DNA from: an uncultured Phycisphaeraceae bacterium
GTDB taxonomy: Bacteria; Planctomycetota; Phycisphaerae; Phycisphaerales; UBA1924
Length of the DNA stretch: 64,000 nucleotides
Assembly: GCA_964409775.1 (NCBI GenBank)
Contig: CAYPEI010000009.1
Coordinates: 20,853-84,852, forward strand
Direction of reading: 5' to 3'
In this document: positions 46,924 to 57,003 of the stretch, in pieces
Position numbering within the stretch: the stretch's first letter is position 1
How the letters are laid out: each line of letters starts with the position of its first letter
Translations under genes and position numbers: made by a program
Notes under the pieces: model-generated
The model's database searches: none
What the model was told of the DNA's origin: nothing
What the model saw: the letters and a program-made list of their open reading frames with translations, nothing else

Positions 46924-48204
46924 ATGTCCACCGCCTTGCCTGTGATCCTGTTTGACGACGGCCGCGGCCAACTCGCCCCGCTCGCCGACCTGCGGCCGGT
47001 GTTCGACGTCCGCATCGGCGCGCTGACGCCGACGGAACGAGTCGAGTTTTCCTCGAGCACCGCATTGGCCGCGCTGGTATGCCCTGAGTCGCTTGCCGCC
47101 ATCGCGCGTGAGCGCCACAGGGTCCCCGTCAACCCGGAGAAGTTGCCCGCCGGGCCATGGCTGCTGGTCAACGCGCGATGGGCCGCGTTCGATCCCAGCC
47201 TTCTGTCGCATCTCGATCCCGGCGATGCCGCGGTGCATGCCGTTACGGGCGATTTGCTCGCGGCCCACACGAATGGTGGCCGCGACAGAATCGGTCGCCT
47301 GATCCAGGGCGATCTCGCGGACTGCAATGTGGTGAAGTGGGGTGGAGGTGATGAATCCAAGCACCTCCTCCTTGAACGACCGTGGCATGCCCGACGCGCA
47401 CGCGATGCGGCGATTGCGGTTGACCTCGGCATCGCCGCGGAACGCTTCGCCCCGATGGCCGCTGTGCCGAGCGGGGTCACGTGTCTGGGCGGGTGGTTCG
47501 GTGGCGAGGTGACGACGAGGGGCGGCCGGGGCGCGTTCATCCACCCCACGGCCCGTCTCTACCCCACGGTCGTCCTCGACACCGAGCATGGCGCGATCGT
47601 GATCGATGAGCACGCGGTTGTTCGGCCGGGCGTGGTGATCACGGGGCCCGCGTTCATCGGCCCGCACTCCACTGTGCTTGACCGCGCCGTGATCCGCGCG
47701 AATACGGCGATCGGCCCGCACTGCAAGGTCGCGGGCGAGGTGAGCGGGACGGTGTTCCAGGGCTACGCCAACAAGGCGCACGACGGCTTCCTCGGCGACT
47801 CATGGGTCGGCGAGTGGGTCAACCTCGGCGCGGGCACCACCAACTCGAACCTCCTCAACACCTACTCCGAGATCATCTGCCGCGCCACGCCCGATGGCCC
47901 CAACGAGCGCACCGGCGAGACGTTCCTCGGCGCGATCATCGGCGACCACGTGAAGACGGCCATCTGCACACGGATCATGACGGGTTCGATCCTGCACACG
48001 GGCTCGATGTTCGCGACAACCGCGCCGGTGTCGGGGACGGTCGGGCGGTTCATGTGGGCGACGGATGCGGGGCAGCGGCCGTACAGGTTCGAGAAGTTCC
48101 TCGAGGTGGCGCGGGCGGCGATGGCGAGGAGGAAGACGGAGCCGTCGGCGGCGTACGTCGAGCGGATGAGATCACTCGCCGACGATGGCAAGCAGCCCGG
48201 CTGA
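46924..48204 (+). CDS. Sugar nucleotidyltransferase / left-handed beta-helix acyltransferase (alternative GlmU-like)
   Basis: The N-terminus PVILFDDGRGQLAPLADLRP is followed by hexapeptide-repeat turns (IGPHSTV.DRAVIRANTAIGPHCKVAGEV...GEWVNLGAGTTNSNL). Confidence 0.75.
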   Translation: MSTALPVILFDDGRGQLAPLADLRPVFDVRIGALTPTERVEFSSSTALAALVCPESLAAIARERHRVPVNPEKLPAGPWLLVNARWAAFDPSLLSHLDPGDAAVHAVTGDLLAAHTNGGRDRIGRLIQGDLADCNVVKWGGGDESKHLLLERPWHARRARDAAIAVDLGIAAERFAPMAAVPSGVTCLGGWFGGEVTTRGGRGAFIHPTARLYPTVVLDTEHGAIVIDEHAVVRPGVVITGPAFIGPHSTVLDRAVIRANTAIGPHCKVAGEVSGTVFQGYANKAHDGFLGDSWVGEWVNLGAGTTNSNLLNTYSEIICRATPDGPNERTGETFLGAIIGDHVKTAICTRIMTGSILHTGSMFATTAPVSGTVGRFMWATDAGQRPYRFEKFLEVARAAMARRKTEPSAAYVERMRSLADDGKQPG

Positions 48205-48221
48205 ACTGTATACTCCATGTG

Positions 48222-48236
48222 TTATCGCAGCGATAA
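48222..48236. promoter_or_regulatory. Perfect palindrome TTATCGC-A-GCGATAA between a TATACT (-10-like) hexamer and the antitoxin RBS; candidate TA operator
   Basis: Read directly from the sequence. TATACT is at 48209-48214 and GGAGAA at 48245-48250. Type II antitoxins commonly autoregulate through such palindromes. Confidence 0.45.
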
Positions 48237-48254
48237 AGCTGCTTGGAGAATACC

Positions 48255-48563
48255 ATGATCGACCCACTTGACGTTTATCCACTCACAGACTTCCAGCGTG
48301 ATGCCAAGGAGCACATCCGGAAGCTCCACAAGAATCGCCGCCCGCAGCTCCTCACTGTCAACGGACGTGCAGCTGTTGTCGTGCTGGACCCTGAGACCTA
48401 TGCGGACCTCTCCCGTTTCGCCGACGGACCATCGGTCGTGGAGAAGATTCGCCGCGGCATCGCAGACATGAACGCCGGCCGGGCCAAACCCGCAGACGAG
48501 GTCCTGGACCGCATCAAGGCCAAGGTGACCCAGAAAGCAACCACGCGTCGCCGGAGTGCCTGA
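48255..48563 (+). CDS. Type II antitoxin, Phd/YefM family
   Basis: PLTDFQRDAKEHIRKL...RPQLLTVNGRAAVVVLDPETYADL is the Phd/YefM N-terminal fold pattern. ATG 48255 follows GGAGAA, and a TTG start at 48243 is also possible. Confidence 0.8.
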   Translation: MIDPLDVYPLTDFQRDAKEHIRKLHKNRRPQLLTVNGRAAVVVLDPETYADLSRFADGPSVVEKIRRGIADMNAGRAKPADEVLDRIKAKVTQKATTRRRSA

Positions 48564-48566
48564 GAG

Positions 48567-48863
48567 TTGGCACGAAAATACCACGTCGTCATCGAAGACG
48601 AGGCGGCAGCGGATCTCGAAGAGATCGCCCTGTACATTGGCGAGCACTCAATCGAGCGATCACACAACTTCATTGAGCGACTCCGTACCCGAATCCACAC
48701 GTTGAAGCAGCTTCCCTTCCGCTTCCGCGAGCATCCCCGCAACGATCTCTTCGGTGAACCAACGAGACGCATGCCAGCGGAGGGGTACATCATCTTCTAC
48801 GCTGTCCGCGGGAACATCGTCCACATCCTCGGCATCATTCATGCTGCCCGCGACATCATGTGA
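48567..48863 (+). CDS. Type II toxin, ParE/RelE superfamily
   Basis: YHVVIEDEAAADLEEIALYI...LKQLPFRF...YIIFYAVRGNIVHILGIIHAARD is the ParE pattern. The TTG start lies 3 nt after the antitoxin stop. Confidence 0.85.
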   Translation: MARKYHVVIEDEAAADLEEIALYIGEHSIERSHNFIERLRTRIHTLKQLPFRFREHPRNDLFGEPTRRMPAEGYIIFYAVRGNIVHILGIIHAARDIM

Positions 48864-48881
48864 AAGAGCGAGCCGACCGTC

Positions 48882-51800
48882 ATGCCCACCCTCTACATCA
48901 TCGACGGCTACGCCCAGTTCTTCCGCGCCTACCACGCCATCCGTACGCCCATGACCAGCCCGGTCACCAAGGAGCCGACGAACATGACGTTCGGCTTCAT
49001 CGGCATGCTCCTCAAACTCCTGCGCGGCCAGGGCAAGATCGGCCACGATGGAGGCAAGCCCGACTACGTCGTCGTCACGCTCGATGTTTCGGGCGATCGA
49101 GGCACGTTCCGCAGTCAGATCTACCCGGAGTACAAGGCGACTCGCGAGGATCCGCCCGAGGACTTGTTTCCGCAGGTCGAGCGGTGCCTGGCGATGCTCA
49201 GGCAGGTCGGCGTTCCCATTCTCGGCGCGGAGGGATTCGAGGCCGATGATGTCATCGCCACGCTCGTGACGCAACTCCGCGCCAAGCACCCCGACCTCAA
49301 GATCCGCATCATTTCCAAGGACAAGGATCTCAAGCAACTCCTGCATGACGGCGAGCACGCTGTCGAGTTGTACGATGTCCACAACGACGAGTTGATCACG
49401 GCCGACACGCTGAAGGAGGAGACGGGCCTTACGCCCCCCCAGGTGATCGACATGCTTGCGCTCATGGGCGACACCGTGGACAACGTGCCGGGGATCGAGG
49501 GCGTCGGGCCGAAGACCGCGGCGAAACTGGTGGCCGAGCACGGTTCCATCGACGGCGTGCTTGCCGCGGCGGCCACGATCAAGGGCAAACTCGGAGAGCG
49601 TCTGCGTGCGGTCGATCGCGCACAGATCGACCTGTCGCGGCGGCTCGTGACTCTCCGGCACGATGTCCCGGTCGAACTCCCCCTCGAATCGGCCCGCACC
49701 GACAAACTCAACTTGATCGCCATGGGCCCCGTCCTGAAGGAACTCGGGTTCAACCGGTACCAGGATGAACTGAAGGCCCTTGTCGGCGGTGCAGCGCCGA
49801 CCGAGCCGGCGCTGCCTGCTTCCCTCGATCCCCGGGCCAAACTCGGCGGTCTCTTTCCGGAGCGATCACCGATCGAGATGCCCCCGGCTCTTGCGGCATC
49901 TGCCGGGGCTACTTCTGCGGCGAAGAGAGACGCCAAGGCCACTCCGGTGTTTGGCGGCCTGTTCGATGGGGCTCCCGGGTCGCCGTCCTCGCAACTGATC
50001 GCGCCTCAGTCCGGCGAGTATCGGGCAATCACCACGAAGATGCAACTCGATGCGATGGTCAAGGAACTCCAGGTTGCCGAGTGCATCGCCATCGATACGG
50101 AGACGACCGGCCTCTCGCCGCGGCGGGACAGACTCGTGGGCATCTGCCTCTCGACGAAGATCGGCACGGGCGTGTACATCCCCGTCCGCTCGCCGGATCC
50201 ATCGTCTCACCTCGACGAAGCGACCGTCATCGGTGCGCTCAGGCCGGTTCTCGAAGACCCGACACGTCCGAAATGCGGCCACAACCTGAAGTTCGATATG
50301 CTGGTGCTGCGGAAGGCGGGCATCCGGATGGGCGGGGTGTGTATCCCCACATCCGCCGCGGCTCGCGCGGCCACCAAGGCCGCTTCGCGCGGGACATCAT
50401 CGCACGCGACATACGCGACGCCGCGATTCGCCACTTCCACCGCGTTCGATTCGATGGTCGCGTCGTATCTCATCGACGCCTCCCGTTCGTCGCACGGACT
50501 GGATGCGCTGGCGATGGCGATGCTCGGCCGCACCAACATCTCCATCAAGGACCTGATCGGATCCGGGCCCGATGCCCGCACGTTCGACCAGGTGCCGCTG
50601 AACCAGGCCACCCAGTACGCGGCGGAAGACGCGGATGTTGCGCTGCAACTCCGTGCGATGATGCTCCCGCAGTTGGCGGCGATGAACCTCGAGCCTCTGT
50701 TCGAAACGGTCGAGATGCCGCTGGTCGAAGTGCTCGCGGAACTGGAGTGGAACGGCATCCGCGTCGACCGCGCTGAACTCGAGCGCCAGCGGATGCGACT
50801 GCAAAGGCGCATCGATGAACTCAAGGCCGAACTCGCGCGGGTCGCCCGCGACACCATCGGGCGCACGTTCAATCCCGATTCGCCGAAGCAACTCGCGGCG
50901 GTCCTCTTCAACAAGGCCGATGCCCCTGACGAAGCCGGCGGTCCCGGGCTCGGCCTCAAGCCCGTCAAGAAGATCAAGACCGGGTATTCGACCGATGCCG
51001 AGGTGCTCGACAAACTGGCGACCGACCCGGAGATCGCCACGCCGATCCCGGCGCTGATCGTCGAGTATCGCGAACTGACCAAACTCGTCTCGACCTACCT
51101 CGTCGCGCTCGTGGAAGAGATCAACCCCGATACCGGCCGCATCCACGCGTCGTTCAATCAGACCGTCGCGGCGACCGGGCGGCTGTCGTCGTCGGACCCC
51201 AATCTCCAGAACATCCCGATCCGCACGGACATCGGGCGCGAGATCCGCAGGGCGTTCGTCGCTTCGCCCGGCCACGTTCTCGTGTCGGCGGACTATTCGC
51301 AGATCGAACTGCGCCTGCTTGCCCACCTCTCCCGCGACCCCGCGCTGATCGAGGCCTTCGAGAAAGACCTGGACATCCATACCGCGGTCGCGGCCCAGAT
51401 CCACAATGTCCCGCTGGGCAGCGTGACCAAGGCCCAGCGCAACGGGGCGAAGATGGTGAACTTCGGCATCGTTTACGGCATCACGAGTTTCGGGCTGGCG
51501 CGGCGGCTGGGCGTCTCGAATACCGAGGCCGCGAAGATCATCGACGACTACAAGCGACAGTTCTCCGGCATTACGACGTTTCTGCAGGAGTGCATCGACC
51601 AGGCAGTGCGCTTCGGCTATGTGCAGACCATGCTTGGCCGCCGCCGACCGATCATTGACATCGAGTCGAACAATCCTCAGCGGAGGGCGCTGGCGGAGCG
51701 GGTGGCCATCAACTCGGTGGTGCAGGGATCGGCCGCGGACCTGATCAAACTCGCGATGGTGGATCTGCAGGGCGAGATCGCGACCGGGGCTGCGCCGAAG

Positions 51801-51971
51801 GGCCTGCACATGCTGCTGCAGATCCACGATGAACTGGTGTTCGAGTGTCCTCGCGAGCAGGCGGATGCCGCGAAGGCCATGATCAAGAGCCGCATGGAGC
51901 ATGCGATGGAACTGAGCGTGCCGCTCAAGGTCGAGGCCAGCGTGAGTGAGAACTGGTTTGATGGCAAGTGA
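48882..51971 (+). CDS. polA: DNA polymerase I
   Basis: 5' nuclease (LYIIDGYAQFFRAYHA, GDTVDNVPGIEGVGPKTA). 3'-5' exo motifs (IAIDTETTGL, HNLKFD, YAAEDAD). Polymerase motifs (DYSQIELRLLAH, RNGAKMVNFGIVYG, QIHDELVFE). Confidence 0.97.
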   Translation: MPTLYIIDGYAQFFRAYHAIRTPMTSPVTKEPTNMTFGFIGMLLKLLRGQGKIGHDGGKPDYVVVTLDVSGDRGTFRSQIYPEYKATREDPPEDLFPQVERCLAMLRQVGVPILGAEGFEADDVIATLVTQLRAKHPDLKIRIISKDKDLKQLLHDGEHAVELYDVHNDELITADTLKEETGLTPPQVIDMLALMGDTVDNVPGIEGVGPKTAAKLVAEHGSIDGVLAAAATIKGKLGERLRAVDRAQIDLSRRLVTLRHDVPVELPLESARTDKLNLIAMGPVLKELGFNRYQDELKALVGGAAPTEPALPASLDPRAKLGGLFPERSPIEMPPALAASAGATSAAKRDAKATPVFGGLFDGAPGSPSSQLIAPQSGEYRAITTKMQLDAMVKELQVAECIAIDTETTGLSPRRDRLVGICLSTKIGTGVYIPVRSPDPSSHLDEATVIGALRPVLEDPTRPKCGHNLKFDMLVLRKAGIRMGGVCIPTSAAARAATKAASRGTSSHATYATPRFATSTAFDSMVASYLIDASRSSHGLDALAMAMLGRTNISIKDLIGSGPDARTFDQVPLNQATQYAAEDADVALQLRAMMLPQLAAMNLEPLFETVEMPLVEVLAELEWNGIRVDRAELERQRMRLQRRIDELKAELARVARDTIGRTFNPDSPKQLAAVLFNKADAPDEAGGPGLGLKPVKKIKTGYSTDAEVLDKLATDPEIATPIPALIVEYRELTKLVSTYLVALVEEINPDTGRIHASFNQTVAATGRLSSSDPNLQNIPIRTDIGREIRRAFVASPGHVLVSADYSQIELRLLAHLSRDPALIEAFEKDLDIHTAVAAQIHNVPLGSVTKAQRNGAKMVNFGIVYGITSFGLARRLGVSNTEAAKIIDDYKRQFSGITTFLQECIDQAVRFGYVQTMLGRRRPIIDIESNNPQRRALAERVAINSVVQGSAADLIKLAMVDLQGEIATGAAPKGLHMLLQIHDELVFECPREQADAAKAMIKSRMEHAMELSVPLKVEASVSENWFDGK

Positions 51972-52009
51972 CGGGCGCACGGATCGGCCCGATCAACGCA
52001 CTGCGACCA

Positions 52010-53200
52010 TCAGACGCTTCGAGCATGTCGCGAGACGGCCTTGCTGACGAGCGAGAGATACCGAGCGCTCACACGTTCGATCGAGAAGTTCTCGAGCGCA
52101 TGCGCTCGGGCTGCCGATCCCACTTCCTTCCAGCTCGCTTCGTCGCCGAGGACACGGCGGATCGCATCGGCCCAGTCCCGTGCCGTCGTCCCCTGGCAGT
52201 GCCACCCGGTCTGGCCGTCCAGCACCGTCTCGGCCGGCCCACCCAGCGCGTGAACCAGCACCGGGCGGCCCATCATCATCGCTTCAACAACCGACAGCCC
52301 GAAGGGCTCCGGATCCACCCGCGAGTTGACGGCGACATCGATGATCGGGTAGTAGGACTCGGGATCATCGACGACGCCCGCGAAGTGCAGACGATCTGAG
52401 GCCCCGCGTGCGGCCGCCAGACGCCTCATCTCCGCGGCCACCGGCCCGTCTGTCGGACCGCCCAGCAGGAGGAGGTGCGGAGACTTGGGGACAGCATCAA
52501 GGGTCAGGAGTCCTTCGAGGAACGGCAACTGGCCCTTCTGCTCGTCGATCCGGGCCGCGATTGCAAAGAGCGGGACATCGGCCGGAACTCCGAGCGCAGC
52601 GCGGGTCTTGGCGATCACGCGGCCGGGATCGAACCGGGCCGGATCAACAGCCAGGTAGAACGTCTCGGGCGCGTGTTCTCCGATCCCGAGGGTGCTGCCC
52701 GTGAAACGGCTGTTTGCGAGGACTGTCACCCCCCACCGACGACAGACCGCTCGGTACATTCGCCGGTTCACTCCCAGTGGATACGCGTCCGAGATGGTGT
52801 TGGGCATCTCCCAGAAGCACGGAACCGAGAGACGTGCGGCGGCTCTCGCGGCAACCGAGACGAAGGTCGGCCAGAGCACGTGCACTGCATCCGGTCGATG
52901 CGGCGACAGCACGGCGGCGACCGCCTCGGCCCGCCGCGGCGCGCTCAGTGCGTTGCGGATCGAAGTCAGGCCGCGTCGGACCAACCCCCCGCCCAGCGAG
53001 GTCGGCGCGCCTTGTCCTGCAACAACGACCGGATATCCGCGGGCACGGAGTTCGGCCGCGAATGGGCCTTCGCCCATTGCCGCGAAGACCGGCTTTGCGC
53101 CGCGCGCGGCAACGCCTTGTGCCAGGTTCAGAACCGCGGCCCGAACACCATACACCTCATCACCCTTGATGACCCACGCGATGGTGAGCGGATGTTCCAT
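52010..53200 (-). CDS. Glycosyltransferase, GT4 family
   Basis: The EX7E-type block PEPFGLSVVEAMMMGRPVLV and the GT-B layout. The start is taken at MEHPLT (ATG 53200). Confidence 0.85.
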   Translation of the reverse strand: MEHPLTIAWVIKGDEVYGVRAAVLNLAQGVAARGAKPVFAAMGEGPFAAELRARGYPVVVAGQGAPTSLGGGLVRRGLTSIRNALSAPRRAEAVAAVLSPHRPDAVHVLWPTFVSVAARAAARLSVPCFWEMPNTISDAYPLGVNRRMYRAVCRRWGVTVLANSRFTGSTLGIGEHAPETFYLAVDPARFDPGRVIAKTRAALGVPADVPLFAIAARIDEQKGQLPFLEGLLTLDAVPKSPHLLLLGGPTDGPVAAEMRRLAAARGASDRLHFAGVVDDPESYYPIIDVAVNSRVDPEPFGLSVVEAMMMGRPVLVHALGGPAETVLDGQTGWHCQGTTARDWADAIRRVLGDEASWKEVGSAARAHALENFSIERVSARYLSLVSKAVSRHARSV

Positions 53201-53220
53201 CGTGCACGCCGGCACCGCCT

Positions 53221-54033
53221 TCACGCCGCGGCCTTCGGAGCGATGTAGTACCAGACCTGCGGGTCGGCACGATCTTCGTCCATGCACGCCCGAAGTGTCT
53301 CGATGCTGACGCCGGGGATTCGCGGGGCGTCGGCATCGGTCCGCGGGCGCGTCGCGAAACTCTGGATGTCGTGAGTCGGCGCGAATCGCTCCCGGATTCG
53401 CTGTGCAGAACCCGGGGCGAACATCTCGTGCGTCTCGACGAGGATGGCCGCCTTTCGGAGCGCGGGCACGCGTTGCGGGTCGAGCAGAATGTCCTCGTAT
53501 CCCTCGCAGTCTGAGAGCACGAGCGGACGCTTGAACCCTGCAAGGGCGGCCTGAAGCGTCTCGGGCGAGCCGGCCCCGTGGAGTTCGGATCGATCGAGCA
53601 GACCGTTGGACTGCAAGGCGCGGGCAAGCAGGTTGCGGATCGGCCGCCGGATCTCGAAGCAGATCAACCGTGCTCCCGGCACGAGCAACCCGAGACCGAC
53701 CGAGTAGTACCCTTCGGCCGAGCCGACATTCACGATCGCATCGGGCCCGAGCCGCACGATCTGCTCGACCGCCGGATGCAGTTCCATTTCGTATGTGCCC
53801 AGGACCTTGGGAAGCACATCCGTCACCACCGGCGATGAGCGGTAGCGGGCGCCCTTGAACGGACCGGAGAGAACGCGGTCCGGATTGCCCAGTTCAGCGA
53901 GGTACCTCGCTCGTTCGCGCAGCATCCGGCGCACCGCGGGGTTGGAAGCCCGCCGCACACCGACGAGGAGTTGCTCCGCCACGGGGCCTGGGAGTTGATC
54001 TACGAGCGATTTGATGGCGTCGCGCAGCGGCAT
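53221..54033 (-). CDS. Putative SAM-dependent methyltransferase (FkbM-like, tentative)
   Basis: IVNVGSAEGYYSVGL resembles the Gly-rich SAM loop of FkbM-type enzymes, and the gene sits between glycosyltransferase genes. The homology is weak. Confidence 0.5.
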   Translation of the reverse strand: MPLRDAIKSLVDQLPGPVAEQLLVGVRRASNPAVRRMLRERARYLAELGNPDRVLSGPFKGARYRSSPVVTDVLPKVLGTYEMELHPAVEQIVRLGPDAIVNVGSAEGYYSVGLGLLVPGARLICFEIRRPIRNLLARALQSNGLLDRSELHGAGSPETLQAALAGFKRPLVLSDCEGYEDILLDPQRVPALRKAAILVETHEMFAPGSAQRIRERFAPTHDIQSFATRPRTDADAPRIPGVSIETLRACMDEDRADPQVWYYIAPKAAA

Positions 54034-54166
54034 CGGGCGGACTATAGGCGGAGGTGGCTTTCAACCGACAGACACTGTTGCAACTCGTATCGGCAGGAAC
54101 CGCCCGACACTGAACCGCAACCGGACGACAGGCGTACTTCGACCGGCGGGCGGGCTTGGGAGATTC

Positions 54167-55687
54167 ATGGAATCAGCCACATCAAGCCCGGAAGCCGCGC
54201 CTGCGATCGGCGACCGTGCCGTTGGTTCGCTGGCGTGGATGATGGCCAATACCGCCGCGACCCGTGTCGTGAGTTTTCTGGCGCAGATCGTCCTGGGCTG
54301 GCTGCTCAGCGAGCATGACTTTGGGATTTACGCCCTGGCGATCTCGATCTCCGCGGTCACGACGCTGCTTCGGGATGGCGGCGTCCGGCAGTTGCTGATC
54401 ACGCGGCAGACCGATTACCAGAGTCTCCTCGGCCCCGTCTTCTGGATGGCCATGGCGTTCAACGCCGGGACGGGACTGCTGCTCGCCATCGCGGCCCCGT
54501 TCGCCGCGAAGGCCTACGGCGAACCATCGCTGGTCCAGTTGCTGCTCATCATCGCGGTGTGCATGCCCCTGGGGACTCCCGGCGTCATCCTCACCACGCG
54601 ACTCCAGATCGACCTGCGGTTCCGTTCGATCGCGACGATCCAGGCGGCCTGCTCACTCATCCGCTACGTGGGCGCGGCCGCGTTTGCGTGGTGGGGATTC
54701 GGGCCTCTGAGCTTTGTGCTTCCACTGCCCATCATCGCGATCGTCGAATGGCTTGGCGCGCTGATGCTGAACCGCGAACGGCTCTGGCGCCGCAGCCCCC
54801 ACGTCGGTGAATGGGGCGGCCTCTTCGGTCAGGCCAAGTGGGTGCTGATCGGATCGTTCGCTGTTGCACTGCTGAACCTCGGATCGAACCTCGTCATCGG
54901 GTTGTTCGACACCACCGAGACCGTCGGGGTCTACTTCTTCGCCTTCCAGATCATCATCCAGATTGCGGTGGTGCTCTCGGCCAATGCCAACCAGGTTCTG
55001 TTCGCGGCACTGGCACGGATCGCCGCGGAGCCGGAACGGAAGCGACGGGCGGTCATCCGGTCGTTGCGGCAGATCATGCTCCTCTCCGTGCCGATGTGCG
55101 TCGGCCTGGCCGTGACATTCGGACCGCTCGAAGAGATCGTCTGGCGGGGTCGGTGGGCCGCCGCCGCCGCCGCGGTCACCGCCCTCGGCGCGTTCTACGC
55201 CTTCGCCGTCCTTCCGGGGGTCGCGCTGGCCGCACAGCAGGCCCGCGGAGACTATCGGGGGTCGGCGGTGGGGATCCTGCTTCTGGGTCTTGCGAGCCTT
55301 GCCGCCGCGGCGGCCGGGGCATGGCTCAGCGACAGCGCGACGGGCATCGCGGTCTGGGTCGGATCGGTCGGCGCGATCGCGAGCCTGGGCTACGTAGCCT
55401 ATGCGCTTGCTCCGACCGGGATCTCGCTCGCCGACATCCTCGGCGCGACAGTTCCGATCTGGGTGATCGGAATCGCTTCGGGGGCGCTCGCGATCGGTGC
55501 AGGCTGGGGTATTGGCCATGTCCACGCCGTGATCCGGCTTGTTCTGATTTCAGCGGTCTTCGTCGCGGCATTCGGCCTGCTTACGCGCATGACCATGCCG
55601 AGTACGCTGCTTGAGAGCCTCGCGCTTGTTCCCGCACGCCTCCGCGGCATGGCGGGCCGGTTTCTGCTGCTTCCCGCGGCGGAATGA
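54167..55687 (+). CDS. Polysaccharide biosynthesis protein / Wzx-type flippase (MOP superfamily)
   Basis: About 12-14 TM helices. The N-terminus GSLAWMMANTAATRVVSFLAQIVLGWLLSEHDFGIYALA is typical of the Polysacc_synt family. Confidence 0.8.
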   Translation: MESATSSPEAAPAIGDRAVGSLAWMMANTAATRVVSFLAQIVLGWLLSEHDFGIYALAISISAVTTLLRDGGVRQLLITRQTDYQSLLGPVFWMAMAFNAGTGLLLAIAAPFAAKAYGEPSLVQLLLIIAVCMPLGTPGVILTTRLQIDLRFRSIATIQAACSLIRYVGAAAFAWWGFGPLSFVLPLPIIAIVEWLGALMLNRERLWRRSPHVGEWGGLFGQAKWVLIGSFAVALLNLGSNLVIGLFDTTETVGVYFFAFQIIIQIAVVLSANANQVLFAALARIAAEPERKRRAVIRSLRQIMLLSVPMCVGLAVTFGPLEEIVWRGRWAAAAAAVTALGAFYAFAVLPGVALAAQQARGDYRGSAVGILLLGLASLAAAAAGAWLSDSATGIAVWVGSVGAIASLGYVAYALAPTGISLADILGATVPIWVIGIASGALAIGAGWGIGHVHAVIRLVLISAVFVAAFGLLTRMTMPSTLLESLALVPARLRGMAGRFLLLPAAE

Positions 55688-55702
55688 CCGCGCCGCAGGT
55701 CG

Positions 55703-56917
55703 CTAACTCAACTCGGTCCTTGTGGCGCCTGTTGCCGAGAGCGCCCGGCGCAGGCCATCGACCGGATCGCCGCGGCGGCGCCAGTCGGCGAGCACCTGGG
55801 GCGACGCGGCCTTGTATCGGGCAAGGGTGGCGGGATCCGTGACATCAAGCAGCGCCCGGACCATGCTGTCGAGATCGCCCGGTTTGAACTCGCGACCGTT
55901 GACTCCATCTCGGAGAAGTTCGCCTGCCGCGCCGACGGTGCTTGCACACGCGAGGGCCATCCCAGCGCACGCGGCCTCGTTGATCACGACTCCCCACGGC
56001 TCGTGGACGGATGGGTGGACAAACACATCGCTTGCGCGATAGATGGCACTGATCTCCCGCTGCTCGCCGATGAAACCCGTGAACAGCACGCGGCCGCGGA
56101 GGGCACCAGGGACCTTTGCCGTTACGGCGTCGAGCATCGGGCCGTTGCCGATCATGACCAGGTCCCAGTCGGGCCGGCGGTCGGCAATCACGGCGAACGC
56201 GTCGACAGCCATGTCGGGCTTCTTGAAGTCGGTCATCCGGGCGCAGAAGACCAAGCGGCGGCGACCGGCGCGGAGGTTGTGTTTGCCGCAGGCCTCGGCG
56301 ATCGCCGCGTCGGACAACTGCTCGATGAGGGCGTAGTCGGGCTCGTAGGGGAAGTAGAAAATCGTGTCGGGGTCGGCGCCATACTTGAGGAAGTAGTCGC
56401 GGCCGAAGTTGCCGCACGGCATCAGCCCCGCGGCGTTGCGGATCACCCACCTGAGGAGCGCGGCCTTGACCGCGGCCTTCGGGCCGCTGGCGCGATCGAG
56501 GTGGATGTTGGAGTCGACGTTGATGAACGCGGGGACGCCATTGCGGCTGCACCAGCGGATGAGTCGGAGGCGCGCGAGGTCGCTGTAGCCCCCGATCACG
56601 AGCGCCTTGATGTTGTTGGCGCGGACCCAGCGGATGATGCGACCACCCTTGGCCCAGTCTGCCGGGAACTCGGAGAGCCTGGATGGTCGGTCGGCACGCT
56701 GCCCCGCGCCGAAACTGATCGATCGGTCACTCTCACCTGAGTCGAGTGTCCAGGGCTGGTCGCCGAGGTCGTGAGAGTACAGCGAGTACAGGCGGACCTG
56801 CGGCAACTCACGGTCGATCCGGCGGTGCAGCGCGAGCCTGTAGGGCGTCGGGGCGGTCGTCAGGATGCCGACGTTGATCTTGCTGGCGGCGGATTGTGCG
56901 GCAGCCGGTGAAGTCAT
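55703..56917 (-). CDS. Glycosyltransferase, GT4/GT1 family
   Basis: VFVHPSVHEPWGVVINEAACAGMALA...LLRDGVNG (E-x7-E region). Confidence 0.85.
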   Translation of the reverse strand: MTSPAAAQSAASKINVGILTTAPTPYRLALHRRIDRELPQVRLYSLYSHDLGDQPWTLDSGESDRSISFGAGQRADRPSRLSEFPADWAKGGRIIRWVRANNIKALVIGGYSDLARLRLIRWCSRNGVPAFINVDSNIHLDRASGPKAAVKAALLRWVIRNAAGLMPCGNFGRDYFLKYGADPDTIFYFPYEPDYALIEQLSDAAIAEACGKHNLRAGRRRLVFCARMTDFKKPDMAVDAFAVIADRRPDWDLVMIGNGPMLDAVTAKVPGALRGRVLFTGFIGEQREISAIYRASDVFVHPSVHEPWGVVINEAACAGMALACASTVGAAGELLRDGVNGREFKPGDLDSMVRALLDVTDPATLARYKAASPQVLADWRRRGDPVDGLRRALSATGATRTELS

Positions 56918-57003
56918 GACCGAACGCCCGGGGATTGACGGGGCGGTCGAGGTCTATCGACCGTTTGGAGGAGGCTCCGAAGCATGCCTGGAGCCGGGAG
57001 AAG

